DNA from: Ginkgo biloba
Lineage: Eukaryota; Plantae; Ginkgophyta
Assembly: GCA_024626585.2 (NCBI GenBank)
Contig: JANKJI020000004.1
Location: 77,799,559 to 77,828,000, forward strand
DNA length: 28,442 nucleotides
Reading direction: 5' to 3'
The notes beneath the pieces are model-generated. The model saw only the letters and a program-made list of their open reading frames with translations, did not search any database and was not told the origin of the DNA. The position numbers were made by a program, and so were the translations under genes. Shown piece by piece: positions 1 to 11,388 of this stretch (positions are counted from its first letter, which is position 1; every line of letters begins with the position of its first letter).

Positions 1-422
1 CTATCGTCAAGTCCCAACCCTAGCAGTCCACCTTAGAGTGTATATAGTGGTATGAGTACATTGTACTTCTTGCAATGTGTATGATTTATCCACCCTGCTT
101 ATTTATTTACATGAACTCATGCTATTATGATAATGATGTTGGTTTTTGAATTATCATACTATGGAATGTTTTTTATGTTATTTGCCTTAGAGCGCTTACA
201 AGCTTAAGGCGAGATTGTTATAGTAGTGGCCTTCAGCTTGGCCCAGGAGAATCAACTGCCTGACTCCTCTCCTAGATTGCATGCTCAAATCCCAATGGTT
301 TAAAGGTTCAGTTGGGAGAATTTTTTTTATTCATGGTCCCTATATTATCCATCTATTTTTGTTTTCCCTCCCACAAACATTTTTTAACTATTTGGGTTAC
401 TTGTTTTTTAATGTCTTGTCCC

Positions 423-662
423 CTCCCTCATCAATTACTAATAAGTTATCTCTTTCAACTCAAAATTTGTTTATATAAATAATGCCCTGGCATCCAAAAA
501 ATTCCTAATCGCTTGCATAAAATCATCCATACAAAGATTGATCTCCATCACCAATTACTAATAAGTTATCCCTTTCAGGTCAAAATTTGTTTATATAAAT
601 TATGGCCAGGGATCTTAAAACTTCCTAATCTCTTGCATAAAATCAACCATAGAAATATTCAT
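423..662. repeat. Tandem duplication, 2 x 120 bp
   Basis: 423-542 and 543-662 align without gaps; shared blocks include CAATTACTAATAAGTTATC, CAAAATTTGTTTATATAAAT, TTCCTAATC and CTTGCATAAAATCA. Confidence 0.93.
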
Positions 663-699
663 CCATGTAGAGATTGAGTATGGATCAAAAGCTAGAGGT

Positions 700-1620
700 T
701 GAAACGAAGCATACAACATCATTCCCTCATTGGACTGTATTAGGTTTAATGTTCAAAGAACTCCATCTCTTCTCAAATTCAAATTAGCCTTTGTTATATT
801 TATGTTGGGGCTGGCACATTTTGCTTCTGAGTTTTTGAAGCAATGGTGTATGATGTCTTTGAAAAGAATTAGTTCATTCATTTCCTTTTTTTCCATCCCA
901 TTTGAATATCTTTGGCATAGATTTGATCATGGACATTTGGTAAACTTGATGATAGATCGGACTGCTTACCATCTTGCCTTCTTGAGGGAAATAGAAATTG
1001 GATGATCATGGGTGTTTGGTCTCATTTTCAAGCTACCATTTAAATTCCTTTCCATGTATTGATCACACTTGATGCATTTGCCTAGGCAAAGGAGATGCAT
1101 ATAGGGGGCACAATAGTTCCATCTTTTTATTGCAGATGGTTGTTTCCTGTCTTGATCTTGAGGTTTCTATTTCTTTGCCCAAGGCTAGTTCTCATGTATG
1201 CAGATCTAAGCTTTTCTTCATTCTTGAGATTTCCTCAATTATTTCCATTTCTTCTACCCAATTTTCGTGCTTAATATGTTGTCTTGAATGCTATTTGTCT
1301 TGCTTGCCTATCTTTCCAACTTGTTGCCCTTGAGTTTCTTGATAGAACTCTAATTTCTGAATTTTCACCCTTCATACTCTCATTTTTAGTTATGTGTATG
1401 GTTGAAAACATTCAGAAGTTAATTGCAAATGCCTTCTCCTATTTGTTTTGCATGGCAGCCACATGGTACCTTTATGGATTACCCAAAGCACATATCCACT
1501 TTCTTTCGAAATGGAAAGAAGACTCTTATTTTGTTATGATCAATTGTATACATGTGAGTGATTTCTTGTTGCTTACAAATGTACTCGAAAGTTTCTTAAC
1601 TTGGATTTCCTCCCAATGAA
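700..1620 (-). mobile_element. Highly decayed LINE (L1-like) ORF2 endonuclease-region relic
   Basis: Minus-strand translation gives FEFEKRW (~760-785), resembling the FRFE..W motif downstream of the plant L1 endonuclease; weaker YA(S)P-like and GDFN-like traces lie upstream. Many stops and frameshifts; boundaries approximate. Confidence 0.4.
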
Positions 1621-2820
1621 TCATGTTTGAATATGTGAGATATTATCAGCATTAAGCACTTTACTGGGACAATGCTAGTATTATCTTTGCACTCCTTAAA
1701 AGAAAAGGCTTAAAAATTCCCATAATATGGCCATTCTCATCAATCTATGGTTTAATTTTTAATAATTATAAGTAATTTTGTAAAGGGACAAGTTATGATA
1801 TTTTGAATAATATTTCAATAAGAAATTATGAATTCATATACTATTAACCCATAAATAGGACCACTCTTGGAAGAATGAATTCATCATAAAAACATGAATA
1901 TCATTTCATGAAATTGGGGGTTTGAATTTTTTAAAGTTACCAATTCATGATTAATATCCTCCTTCATCTTTGTTGACTACCTTCTTTAATTATTATAGGT
2001 TGGATGAGAGGCATACTCTACGAGGTCATGGATTGACTACTCTTAGGTTTCTATTGGAACTGGCTGATATCTCCTTCAATTCGAAAAGCAATGAGAAGAA
2101 GAAAGTTGTGTTTGAAATAAAGATAAGAGTAGGAAGAAAAAAATTTGGTGCAATATGCCTATTAAGCCTGGGGATATTTCCTAGAACCAATGCCTTGTTT
2201 CATTCTATTTTTGAACTATGTTTAGGTCCAGTTAGGCTATCAAAAATTGGATGCTCAAAGTTTTTTGGTTCAAAACCACTAAAGGTTACAAACTCGATGA
2301 AAGGATGTACCTTCATTTAACCTCTTCTTAAGTCCTCCCATCGAGAAATTAGAGTTTGAGAGTTAACACCCAAGATTCTAAAAGATGGTATAAAATTTGA
2401 CCCTGTGAACCCAATGAATTATCAACTGTATTGAATTGGGTATTGCGATTTCATAAGGAAAGTTGTCACTTTCCACTAAAGTTCCCTAAATCCCCAACGG
2501 AGCTAAGACATATGTTCATAAAATATTAGAGATCACTCGGGCCAATCACTAGCGCACACACCTAATTATGACTTATAGGGCACTATTGTACATCACACAA
2601 TGTTAATGGGAAAGGTAATGAAATGGACATGCTATGATAAATATCAAAATGGATAATTAATTCACTTATTTTTAGGCTTTTTAAGGAATCACTCCATCTT
2701 CATGATAATTCAAAAGCACAGGCATGAGTGAAAAAGATGGGACTGAGTATTGGTTACTAGAAAACCTCATCCAGTTAAAGTATTCATCTATTAAAAGATT
2801 TATTTTGATTCATAGATAGC

Positions 2821-4191
2821 ATGGCCAGGCATAGGAGTGTTGTAGTTGAAACTAAAAAAATAATAGAGATTATTGATACATGTAACACAAGTAGAATTGG
2901 TTTCAGATTCATATATGAAGAATCTCGAGAGTCTGATATGATGTGGATGTCAAGATTAATCCAAGCAATGGTAATTCTAGAATTAATTCCTTTTTGTAAG
3001 ATAATAGAGTGGGTGAATGAACAATTTAACCTTAATAGTAGAGTTATGTATGATATTGATGGTTAGGTATTTTATTTTTTTACTCCTAAGGTTTTTCATA
3101 AAATTCTAGGACCATCTACAGTTGAAGAATAATTCTTTTTTGACAGAGTGGGAGATTTCTATCGAACTCACCCTCAAACTATAAAATTAATTAATTCCTA
3201 GAAGAGTAATCCTGTCATAAGTCATATCACTAAGTTGGTGTATGATATTGGGAAATTAGATAAAGAATATAAGGAACTAGTGTCCTTACTGAGCAAGGTG
3301 TTTAGGGAGAAGGATACTGCAAAAGTATACCATTATATAATATATATGGTGTACCAAGTCGATAGGAAAGGAAGAATATTTTATTGGGATAACATCATCA
3401 GTACTACCCTTATCCAATAATTGATAGATATTTCTAGGATAGGTAAATTTTATATGATGTCATATATTATTTACACAATACTCTTATCTAGAACTTTCCT
3501 AGGTTTCCTATATAATCTGGAAAAATGGAGGATAAATAATTACTTATATAGTTTTGGTATCGTAAGGTCTATAAGGAAAAATACAAGCCCTATTATTATT
3601 TGATCAATGATAAATTTGTATATCAGGTTTTTTCCATGTTGCATATTATAGAACCCCCCAGAGTTAGTGACTTTGTTAAAGAAACCTTGTAGGGCATTGG
3701 TGATTGGTATTTGGAAAATAATTACTCCTATATTATATTGTATGGATTTGATATTGTCCCACATCATCTATTAAAATATGCAGATGATCATATCATCTTA
3801 ATCGAAATGTGTTGGTAGAATGTGGAAATCCACACCAAGGTTTCCCAAAGGTGGAAGAAAGTAGCATTCCATGATTTTCCTATAAGTTTCGGTAATTTTA
3901 ACGTTATGAACATTGGTCAAGCCAAGGCTCATGCTAAAGAAATATTATATTACAAACTCAAAGAAGTGGGTGCTAGATAGTATGATNNNNNNNNNNCCTC
4001 ATGGAGTGTTTACAAAACATTATAGGCTCAATACTTATCATCTCGCAAATATTGAAGATATATGCTGCAACCTTATTGATTATGATTGGGTGGCATATAA
4101 GCAAAATGGTAGCACCACTCCCCTAATGAGCCCTAAAAAATTAAGGTCATCAAAAGATAATAAAATTTATGAAAGGCAATATAATGACTAG
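2821..4191 (+). pseudogene. Decayed long accessory ORF of probable LTR-retrotransposon origin (unknown function)
   Basis: Track ORFs 2821, 3235, 3421 and 3913 are all in frame +1. Reading through stops gives FYWDNIISTTLIQ*LIDISRIGKFYMMSYIIY; a shifted frame at ~3600-3820 gives PPRVSDFVKETL*GIGDWYLENNYSYIILYGFDIVPHHLLKYADDHIILIE. This resembles uncharacterised repeat-derived proteins of gymnosperm genomes (from recall, not a search). Confidence 0.55.
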
Positions 4192-4796
4192 TTGCATTGA
4201 GGTGGTAAAGGGCATACTACCCATGGTATCAAAGGATATAAGAATGCACCAATTTTTGTAATATCTAATAAAAAGGGANNNNNNNNNNNNNNNNNNNNNN
4301 NNNNNNNNNNNNNNNNNNNNNNNNNNNNNNNNNNNNNNNNNNNNNNNNNNNNNNNGGGGGTGATGATGAATAAAATGACCCCGACACAGTAAAAAAGTGA
4401 AAAATACCCCATGAGGATGAGATACTTCTAGTCAAGGGTAGAAGGACATCCAAGAATTGTGGTCTGTTGGATCTATTAGTCAAAGGAAAGCAAGTCATTC
4501 ATCCTTATTTTCCAGACATATCATTGGAGCATACTAGGTAGGACATTTAGCATGGTATACCTAACATATATTTGATAATGGAGGAGATTCCTTAAGGGGA
4601 GTCTATTGTCAACCCTTGGTTGGTGAAATTAATGAACCAAAGGAAGGGTTCTAATGAAGTAGGTATGTTCACTATGCCATATTTTAGTAAGTAGCANNNN
4701 NNNNNNNNNNNNNNNNNNNNNNNNNNNNNNNNNNNNNNNNNNNNNNNNNNNNNNNNNNNNNNNNNNNNNNNNNNNNNNNNNNNNNNNNNNNNNNNN

Positions 4797-5147
4797 TGAT
4801 TGCTTTATTAGCCTTTGGGTTGTCATAGTGTGTGTCGATTTCTGTGATTTTACAAAATGACAATATATATGGGATACTTCCAATGTCTCGTTAATTTATT
4901 GCATATTGGTGAGTAGACCTTGGAGTTGTTCTTGCCATTGGTAGGGTGCAATGAGGTGCTCATCAATATTGCTAGAGGTGATTTTTTGTTGTTGCCTAAA
5001 CTATGCCCTTAGTTGGTCAACATGTTGTTGCCCTTAGAGTTGGAGGTGTAGTTTTCTTATGCTAATTTTGACAATCGAAGGTGCTTCAATAATGATTGCT
5101 TTATTAGCCTTTGGGTTGTCATAGTGTGTGTCGATTTCTGTGATTTT
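4797..5147 (+). repeat. Exact 55-bp direct repeat (4797-4851 = 5093-5147) abutting a 100-N gap
   Basis: TGATTGCTTTATTAGCCTTTGGGTTGTCATAGTGTGTGTCGATTTCTGTGATTTT occurs twice with no mismatch; the first copy starts exactly at the gap edge. Confidence 0.9.
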
Positions 5148-6067
5148 GATCCTCCACCTCCTCTATTCTTTATATTGCTTGTTTATTTAAGCTCTCCTTT
5201 AGAGCAATGCATTGTTGCTTGTGATAGTTGGTATCCAACTTGAATTGTAGCTCCTCCTTTTGCTTTCTTTTATCTTCGTTGTCTGGGTCGGACAACGCAC
5301 ACAACATCTCTTGGCAAATATTAGTGTTTTCTTGACTCAAGCCCATCTCCATTTGTGTTTTATCTACTTGAGCCATTCAATGGAGTCCTTTTTATCTTGA
5401 TTGAGGATTACCCTATTCTTCTATAGGTTCGTGACATGCTCTCTTGCTCGCGACAAATTTCTTTCATTACATCTAATATTTTCTCATGGACATCTAAGGA
5501 TCCTAAGGTAATAGTGTCTTTTTGTTGAGACTCCACCATTTTGAGTTGCTTGATATTTGCATCTGCTTGTGCTATCAATTCCTCCTTTGGAACTTCTATT
5601 GCAAATGAAGTGAATGCTGCAAGTAGTTGTAGGGGTACATTGGTTTCATGAATGTTCTTATTGCCATGTGATAGTGGTCTTGTTTACAAGGGATTCATAC
5701 AATATATTGTAGTCATTCTATGGCAAGTTCTTGCTCTCTTATACCATTGTATTGCTAAACCTGAATCATCAAGGAAAGGTCGAAGTCACTACTAGTTTTG
5801 ATGATGACTCCACATGCTTTATGATGAACTTGTTGCAAGAAGCTTATGAGCTCAATCCACATGTGTGCTACAATATCAAGAAAACCTATGATTTGCTAGT
5901 AGAGGAGGAGGAAGAGCAACTTGACAAGGAAGGTATGGTCATTTTGGATGAGGATAGTGTAATCTTAGTCAAAGACGAAAACATCGAAGCCGAATACACT
6001 ACCAACCCACTAGATTCCACCACATTTGTTCCAACAACTACCAATGCCAATAAACATTTAGTGTCTT

Positions 6068-6334
6068 GTGAACAACAATGTGAGGAACACAAATTATAGT
6101 GGAAAATATCAGGGAGGACGTTATTTCCACTCACTCTTTAAGGATAATGTTCTCAGTTGGTTCTTGCTACATCATGTAGAAGCTCAAAAATGGAGTGAGT
6201 TTGGTGAACATTTCGCTATAAGGTTTGGGGACAACAAGTTTCATGAAGCATACATGTTCATAAAAGGCCTTAAACTGGAAGAACACATCAAGAAGTGCAG
6301 AAAAGTGTCGAAGCAACAAAGTGTGTCAAGATAA
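6068..6334 (+). mobile_element. Ty3/gypsy gag (Retrotrans_gag-like) relic
   Basis: RYFHSLFKDNVLSWFLLHHVEAQKWSEFGEHFAIRFG resembles the LF..SL...A..WF......W..L...F..RF capsid signature. Confidence 0.6.
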
Positions 6335-6664
6335 TTATGGTTCTACCTATTTCTACATATGTAACCACAAGACCTTGGCTGGTATTATCAATGCAAGAAG
6401 CAATGGGATTTTCAATGGAATAAATGTGGAAAGCAATTTATTTCCATGTTTCATATAAATTAGATATCCCTGTAATTGATAAGATGTTAAAGAAGATTAA
6501 GAAATTCTCAAAAACAAAAACTTGATTTAGACATGTTTCAATGTGAAGACCACATTGGCATTTGATGATGAGCAAGAATCCCCTAATGCTACAATTGACA
6601 AAAGTGGTTTACCAAACATATTTATTGNNNNNNNNNNNNNNNNNNNNNNNNNNNNNNNNNNNNN

Positions 6665-7620
6665 ATTGACAAAAGTGGTTGTTCTTAAGACCTAGCTGCA
6701 CTAAAAGGTTCTAGAGTTTGTTCACTATCACCTTTGGTATGGTCTTGTAGGATATGTGGCAAATAGCTATAGGCTTCCATCCCTATAGACTTCCCTTTGG
6801 CTTCCCTTTTGCTATAAAGGAAATCGGAGAAGCATCAATGAGGAGTATCAATCCTTGAATCTTGGTTTCTTTAGTAATCTTCCCTAGTCTTCATTTTAAC
6901 TCTAATACTTGGCCCTGGTGTGGACTCACTCTCTATTTGGCCTGGTGAATGTTTGTTTTCCTCCGCAATGACTAACCTCGAGATGTGATCAACTTCCTAG
7001 TTTTGGGCATGTGGGGAGGGGAAGCTAACTATCTTTTAAGGTGCCTATCCATGAGAGCCCTTGTCTCTTTCTCTAGCCCATAAATTCTAGAAGTGGCTAA
7101 TCACTTTATTGTGTAATTCACCATATTTAGTGACGAGGGAATTGTTAGCACATTTCAAGGCAATCCTTTTGTTCAAATTCCATTTAATTTTTATGATAGA
7201 TGCTAGTATTCTTGTACACTTCTTGAAATCATTTAAGTTTTGCTCTCTGCCTAATATGGGGAACAAACTCCTCATGAAACCTACCTAAGATCCAATGAAC
7301 TTTCTTGTATGATCTAGAACACATGGGCATCATTGTTGTCAATCTCTAATTTGATCCAAATGTCTTATAGTTGTCCCAAAAGTAGTTCTTTTGTTTCAAA
7401 CTCCTCACTTTGTCTTGTATCCCAAAGCTTGGTTATAATTTCCATGGTCTTTGTTAACTCTATTCATTTCTCTTTGTTCATAAAATGAGGACACAATCTA
7501 GTTTTCATCTCTTACCAAGTGGAGAGAATAGAAAGTTTGAATACTCTTGCACTTTTACAAGGGCAAATTGAATCCAAAAAAACATGCTCTCTTCTTGAAA
7601 CTAGATGATGGAGAGATAAA
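6665..7620 (-). mobile_element. Decayed LINE (L1-like) ORF2, region into the start of reverse transcriptase
   Basis: Minus strand ~6700-6783 reads GWKPIAICHISYKTIPKVIVNKL*NLL, matching the LINE RT motif RPISLCN..YK.I.K.L.NRL. Truncated at the N gap 6628-6664; upper boundary approximate. Confidence 0.72.
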
Positions 7621-7801
7621 TCCAACAGAACTAGGATATGATTCAAAACAAGCTTAGCTACTAGTGCTTGATGTTATAGTCTATGCTAGAATGGTATGCT
7701 TTCAAATAGAAAAATGGAGAAAAACAAGAGAAATTAGTGATTGGGATAAGGATGTGTCCCTTTTTGTCCTTATAACTCTTCAATGATTAGTTGGCATCGA
7801 T

Positions 7802-8078
7802 CCCTTGGTATTTATACACANNNNNNNNNNNNNNNNNNNNNNNNNNNNNNNNNNNNNNNNNNNNNNNNNNNNNNNNNNNNNNNNNNNNNNNNNNNNNNNN
7901 NNNNNNAAAATATATTATATAATGTTATTAAAATATGAATCATCTAAGGAAAATGAAGGATTAGTTAAGGAATAGTTGCAAGTAGGTATGCAACCAATTC
8001 CTTCTTATCCTCTTTAATGTCATTCGATGATCATTGTATTCATTTATGAATTGGAGTCACTCTATGTGGGTAGAAGAA
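7802..8078. repeat. ~270-bp dispersed repeat, copy 1 (spans an 86-N gap)
   Basis: CCCTTGGTATTTATACACA...AATGTTATT...AAAATGAAGGATTAGTTAAGGAAT...GAGTCACTCTATGTGGGTAGAA is collinear with 10363-10636, with spacing preserved across the gap. Confidence 0.85.
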
Positions 8079-10362
8079 CTCTGGGAAGGTTTGTCAGGGG
8101 TGGCCTTGGGCTAGGCCCATGGACTACCACCCATATCTATTATTGACTTATTGCAATACATTTCGTACTCAATTCTTCTCTTGTTTGTATGATTATGTGT
8201 TCATTTTGGAGTTTGCTATGCATGTTAACTTGAACACTTTAGATTGAACATTTTTGGTGTCAATGCAATAATTTGTCCTTTAAGGGTTTCTTGTTGGTTT
8301 TTTTTTGCATGTTTTAGGATGCTAGCTAGTGACAACAAGGTGGAGAATGCACATGAGGGATTCAAACTTCGAGATTGCTAGCCTAAAATGCCATATTGTT
8401 AGTTCTAGTCTTTTAAAGTTTTGAGCGTTAATAGTTGGAAGTCTAAAAAACTATTTATAAAGACTTGTAGTCTTTAAAGTTCCATAACACCCAATGCCTT
8501 GTAGACTTCAAAGTTCTGTAATGCCCAATGCGTGGGTTAATTGACTACCTTGTTGAGAATCATAGAAGAAGTTAGGGCTTTTGCATTCAACACTAATGAA
8601 TCTTCTGCTAATGACAATAGTTGGAGGAATTGTAGTGCTACTACTGCTTCCAGTTTAATGAATAATTGATGGGTTGCTGAGAAAAGAACTCCTCCAACAA
8701 ACAAGAGAAATATTCCACCATGGCAGAGATGGTAGTGAANNNNNNNNNNNNNNNNNNNNNNNNNNNNNNNNNNNNNNNNNNNNNNNNNNNNNNNNNNNNN
8801 NNNNNNNNNNNNNNNNNNNNNNNNNNNNNNNNNNNNNNNNNNNNNNNNNNNNNNNNNNNNNNNNNNNNNNNNNNNNNNNNNNNNNNNNNNNNNNNNNNNN
8901 NNNNNNNNNNNNNNNNNNNNNNNNNNNNNNNNNNNNNNNNNNNNNNNNNNNNNNNNNNNNNNNNNNNNNNNNNNNNNNNNNNNNNNNNNNNNNNNNNNNN
9001 NNNNNNNNNNNNNNNNNNNNNNNNNNNNNNNNNNNNNNNNNNNNGTGTTCTATTTCTAGTGGAAAGATTGAGCTCAAGAAGATGTATTTTGGGTAAGGGT
9101 TGAGTGTGGTAAAATCCCACTGTTAGATAAGCCTATGTTCGTTTGTTGGCATTGTTGTTACAACATTAGAATCGCTACTCTATTGCTACTCTACTCGACT
9201 ACTCCAAATTGGGTTTTAATATATTTTTAGTGCTTTAAATCTCTCCACATGGTTATATGAAGGGAAGTAGAAAGGGGCCTCAATAAGTATTTAGTTAAGT
9301 ATCTTTTGTTTTGAAGAACACATAAAAGAGACTTGAGTAGTTTTGTTAAACTTATATGTTTTGTGGGAACTAACATTGAGTTTCTTTAATTGGGGGGGTG
9401 TGACAAGGCCTCACACTTTTTCTAAAAGGTTGAATAACATTGTGTCAAAGTGTTTTGATGTGCCAATTATTGTCGTTGGTTGTCTTTATTTAATGTGAAT
9501 GGCATTGTGTGGTGTGCCAATTCGATAAAGGCAAATTGAGCCAAGAGACATTTCATGATGTGGGTGGTTATGACAGGCTATCTCTTTAAAGTTGAATCAA
9601 TGAAGCAGATATTAATTACAAATGGGGACATAATGATTTTTGTATTTTGAAATTTATTTGCGGCTATCTAGCACAAATGGAGCAGTTAGTTATCCATCCA
9701 TCTCGAGCATGTCTAGAAAACTTGAGAATTGTTTATGTTATTGTGTATCCCTAGTATGAAATGTTGTATTAAAGGCCAAAGGATGTGCTAGTTTATGAAG
9801 GATTCTTGAGGAAGTGAAGAACCAATATACCTGGGATTAAATACTCATTAGGACAACAACTTATAGAACAGGGCTTAATAATATTCAAATTCTACGTGTG
9901 GTGATGTGACATTGTGCTAGTTGCTTGTGGTTACATAGAGTTTTCTAAAATTTCACCAGTTTAAAATTTTGTGTGTAATTCTAGCAAGGCAATGTTATTA
10001 TGCCTAGGGTGATGATAATGCTTCTGCTTGATATCATGGTTGCAAGCTCTAAGTGAACAAGTAGTCAAATAGTGATATGGCATCCTTTATGACCAAGAAC
10101 TAGTGAAGTTTGGGTTAACCTAGGTTCAAAGACGCTAAAAGAGGACAAACCAGTACCACCTACCATAACTATTATGTCTAAGAATAGAACATGCAAGTTC
10201 TATGACAACACAAATCATGCAACATTTGATAATATTTCAAGAGATGGTAGTGCCAATGAATTTTTAAAATTTTACCAAATACCAACCATAAGTACTTTAT
10301 CAACACACTTGAACAAGGATTCTCAAGGCTTATGTCAGGTGAGATGTATGCTTGGGAATTTA

Positions 10363-10636
10363 CCCCTTGGTGTTTATACACAACGGTTGAAACAAGGAAG
10401 AGTTGATTGCAATATCAACACACCTTGTTTACAAGGAATTCATACAATATATTATAGTCATTCATAAACTATAATATGCAATGTTATTTAAATACAAATC
10501 ACTGCAGAAAAATGAAGGATTAGTTAAGGAATGGTTACAAGTAGGGATGCGACTAATACCTTTCTATACCATTTAGTGTCATTTGACAATCCTTGTATTC
10601 ATTCTAAATTCGAGTCACCCCTATGTGGTTAGAACA
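10363..10636. repeat. ~270-bp dispersed repeat, copy 2; possible small solo LTR (TGTT at 10371 ... AACA at 10636)
   Basis: Aligns to 7802-8078; its internal segment 10424-10463 also matches 5679-5718 (about 2 mismatches in 40 bp). No matching target-site duplication seen. Confidence 0.8.
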
Positions 10637-11110
10637 CATTAACACTACACCATACCACCCTAGAGCTAATGGACAAGCCAAGAGTACCAATAAAATCATC
10701 AAGAACATCAAAATTTGAGACGTTGATAGGTAGATTGGACCAAAAAGATTTATTCAACACTATGGACTAATTGCATGACACACAATCCCACCCATGGGAA
10801 ATCACCGTTTCGACTTTTATATGGTCTCAAAGTAATAGTTCAAGGCATGTAGTTCCCGTATCATGAAAAAATCTTGAATAAGAAACATTGAATCACATAA
10901 AGTGTGTTGCCAGCACTTGTTGTGTCTGGACGAAACATGAACACTCATATTGTGGGACCAAAACAACCAAAAAGCATGGCACGATCACCACAATAAGGAT
11001 CCAGGATTTATGTTCCTCTTATATAGTAGCAAGTTTTGCACATGCCTAAGCAACTTGAAAACGCATTGGACCTTACAATATACATGCAATGAATGAGAGA
11101 GGTTCCATCC
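10637..11110 (+). mobile_element. Ty3/gypsy integrase relic (C-terminal core and GPY/F region)
   Basis: TTPYHPRANGQAKSTNKII, then after a frameshift WTKKIYSTLWTNCMTHNPTHGKSPFRLLYGLKVIV, and GPYNI near 11070. These match TPYHPQANGQAE..NK / LWAYRTT....TG.SPF.LVYG / GPY. Confidence 0.88.
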
Positions 11111-11187
11111 ATTTGCAACAATCGAACATGATGCTACAATTGTAACTAGTTAATGGTAGTCATTTAAATCCCTACCATTAGTAGTAT

Positions 11188-11388
11188 TGTGGTTGTAAGC
11201 GACTTGTATATAAATGTGTTGTGTACAATTTGTGTGTTGAGAAAATTTCAAAAAAATTCTAAAAATGAAATGATCATAAAATGACTCTAGAAAAGCAAGC
11301 AAGGTTACCGAAAAGAGCCATTTATATAGGGCCCAAAAGTGATAACTTAGAACTATTGTGGGCTTCATTTAGTCAACACTCCCTTTTT
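11188..11388 (-). mobile_element. Probable short 3' LTR preceded by a polypurine tract
   Basis: Minus strand reads AAAAAGGGAG then TGTTGAC (LTR start at 11378), with an internal CCTATATAAATG TATA-like box. The distal LTR end is uncertain and the upstream part is lost in a gap. Confidence 0.4.

Noticed and set aside
6185-6202. ATGGA|GTGAGT as the donor of the preceding kinase exon (...ME)
   Set aside because: The upstream translation lacks the FED...VYIVME context and lies within a gag relic.
8641-9120. Long ORFs on both strands (also 20478-20919, 12217-12514, 24779-25092)
   Set aside because: Artefacts of translating through N runs.
9121-10100. Possible LTR end (GGGGGGGTGTGACA at ~9392-9405) and faint hAT-like transposase traces beyond it
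   Set aside because: No matching second LTR, TSD or intact catalytic motif could be identified by eye.
10174-10362. Possible gypsy RT traces (FYQIPTI, GFS..CQV)
   Set aside because: Too degenerate to support, and the downstream part of this ORF belongs to the 270-bp repeat.
7802-10636. The two 270-bp repeats as paired LTRs of one element
   Set aside because: No PBS, PPT or TSD in either orientation, and a third fragment lies outside the pair.
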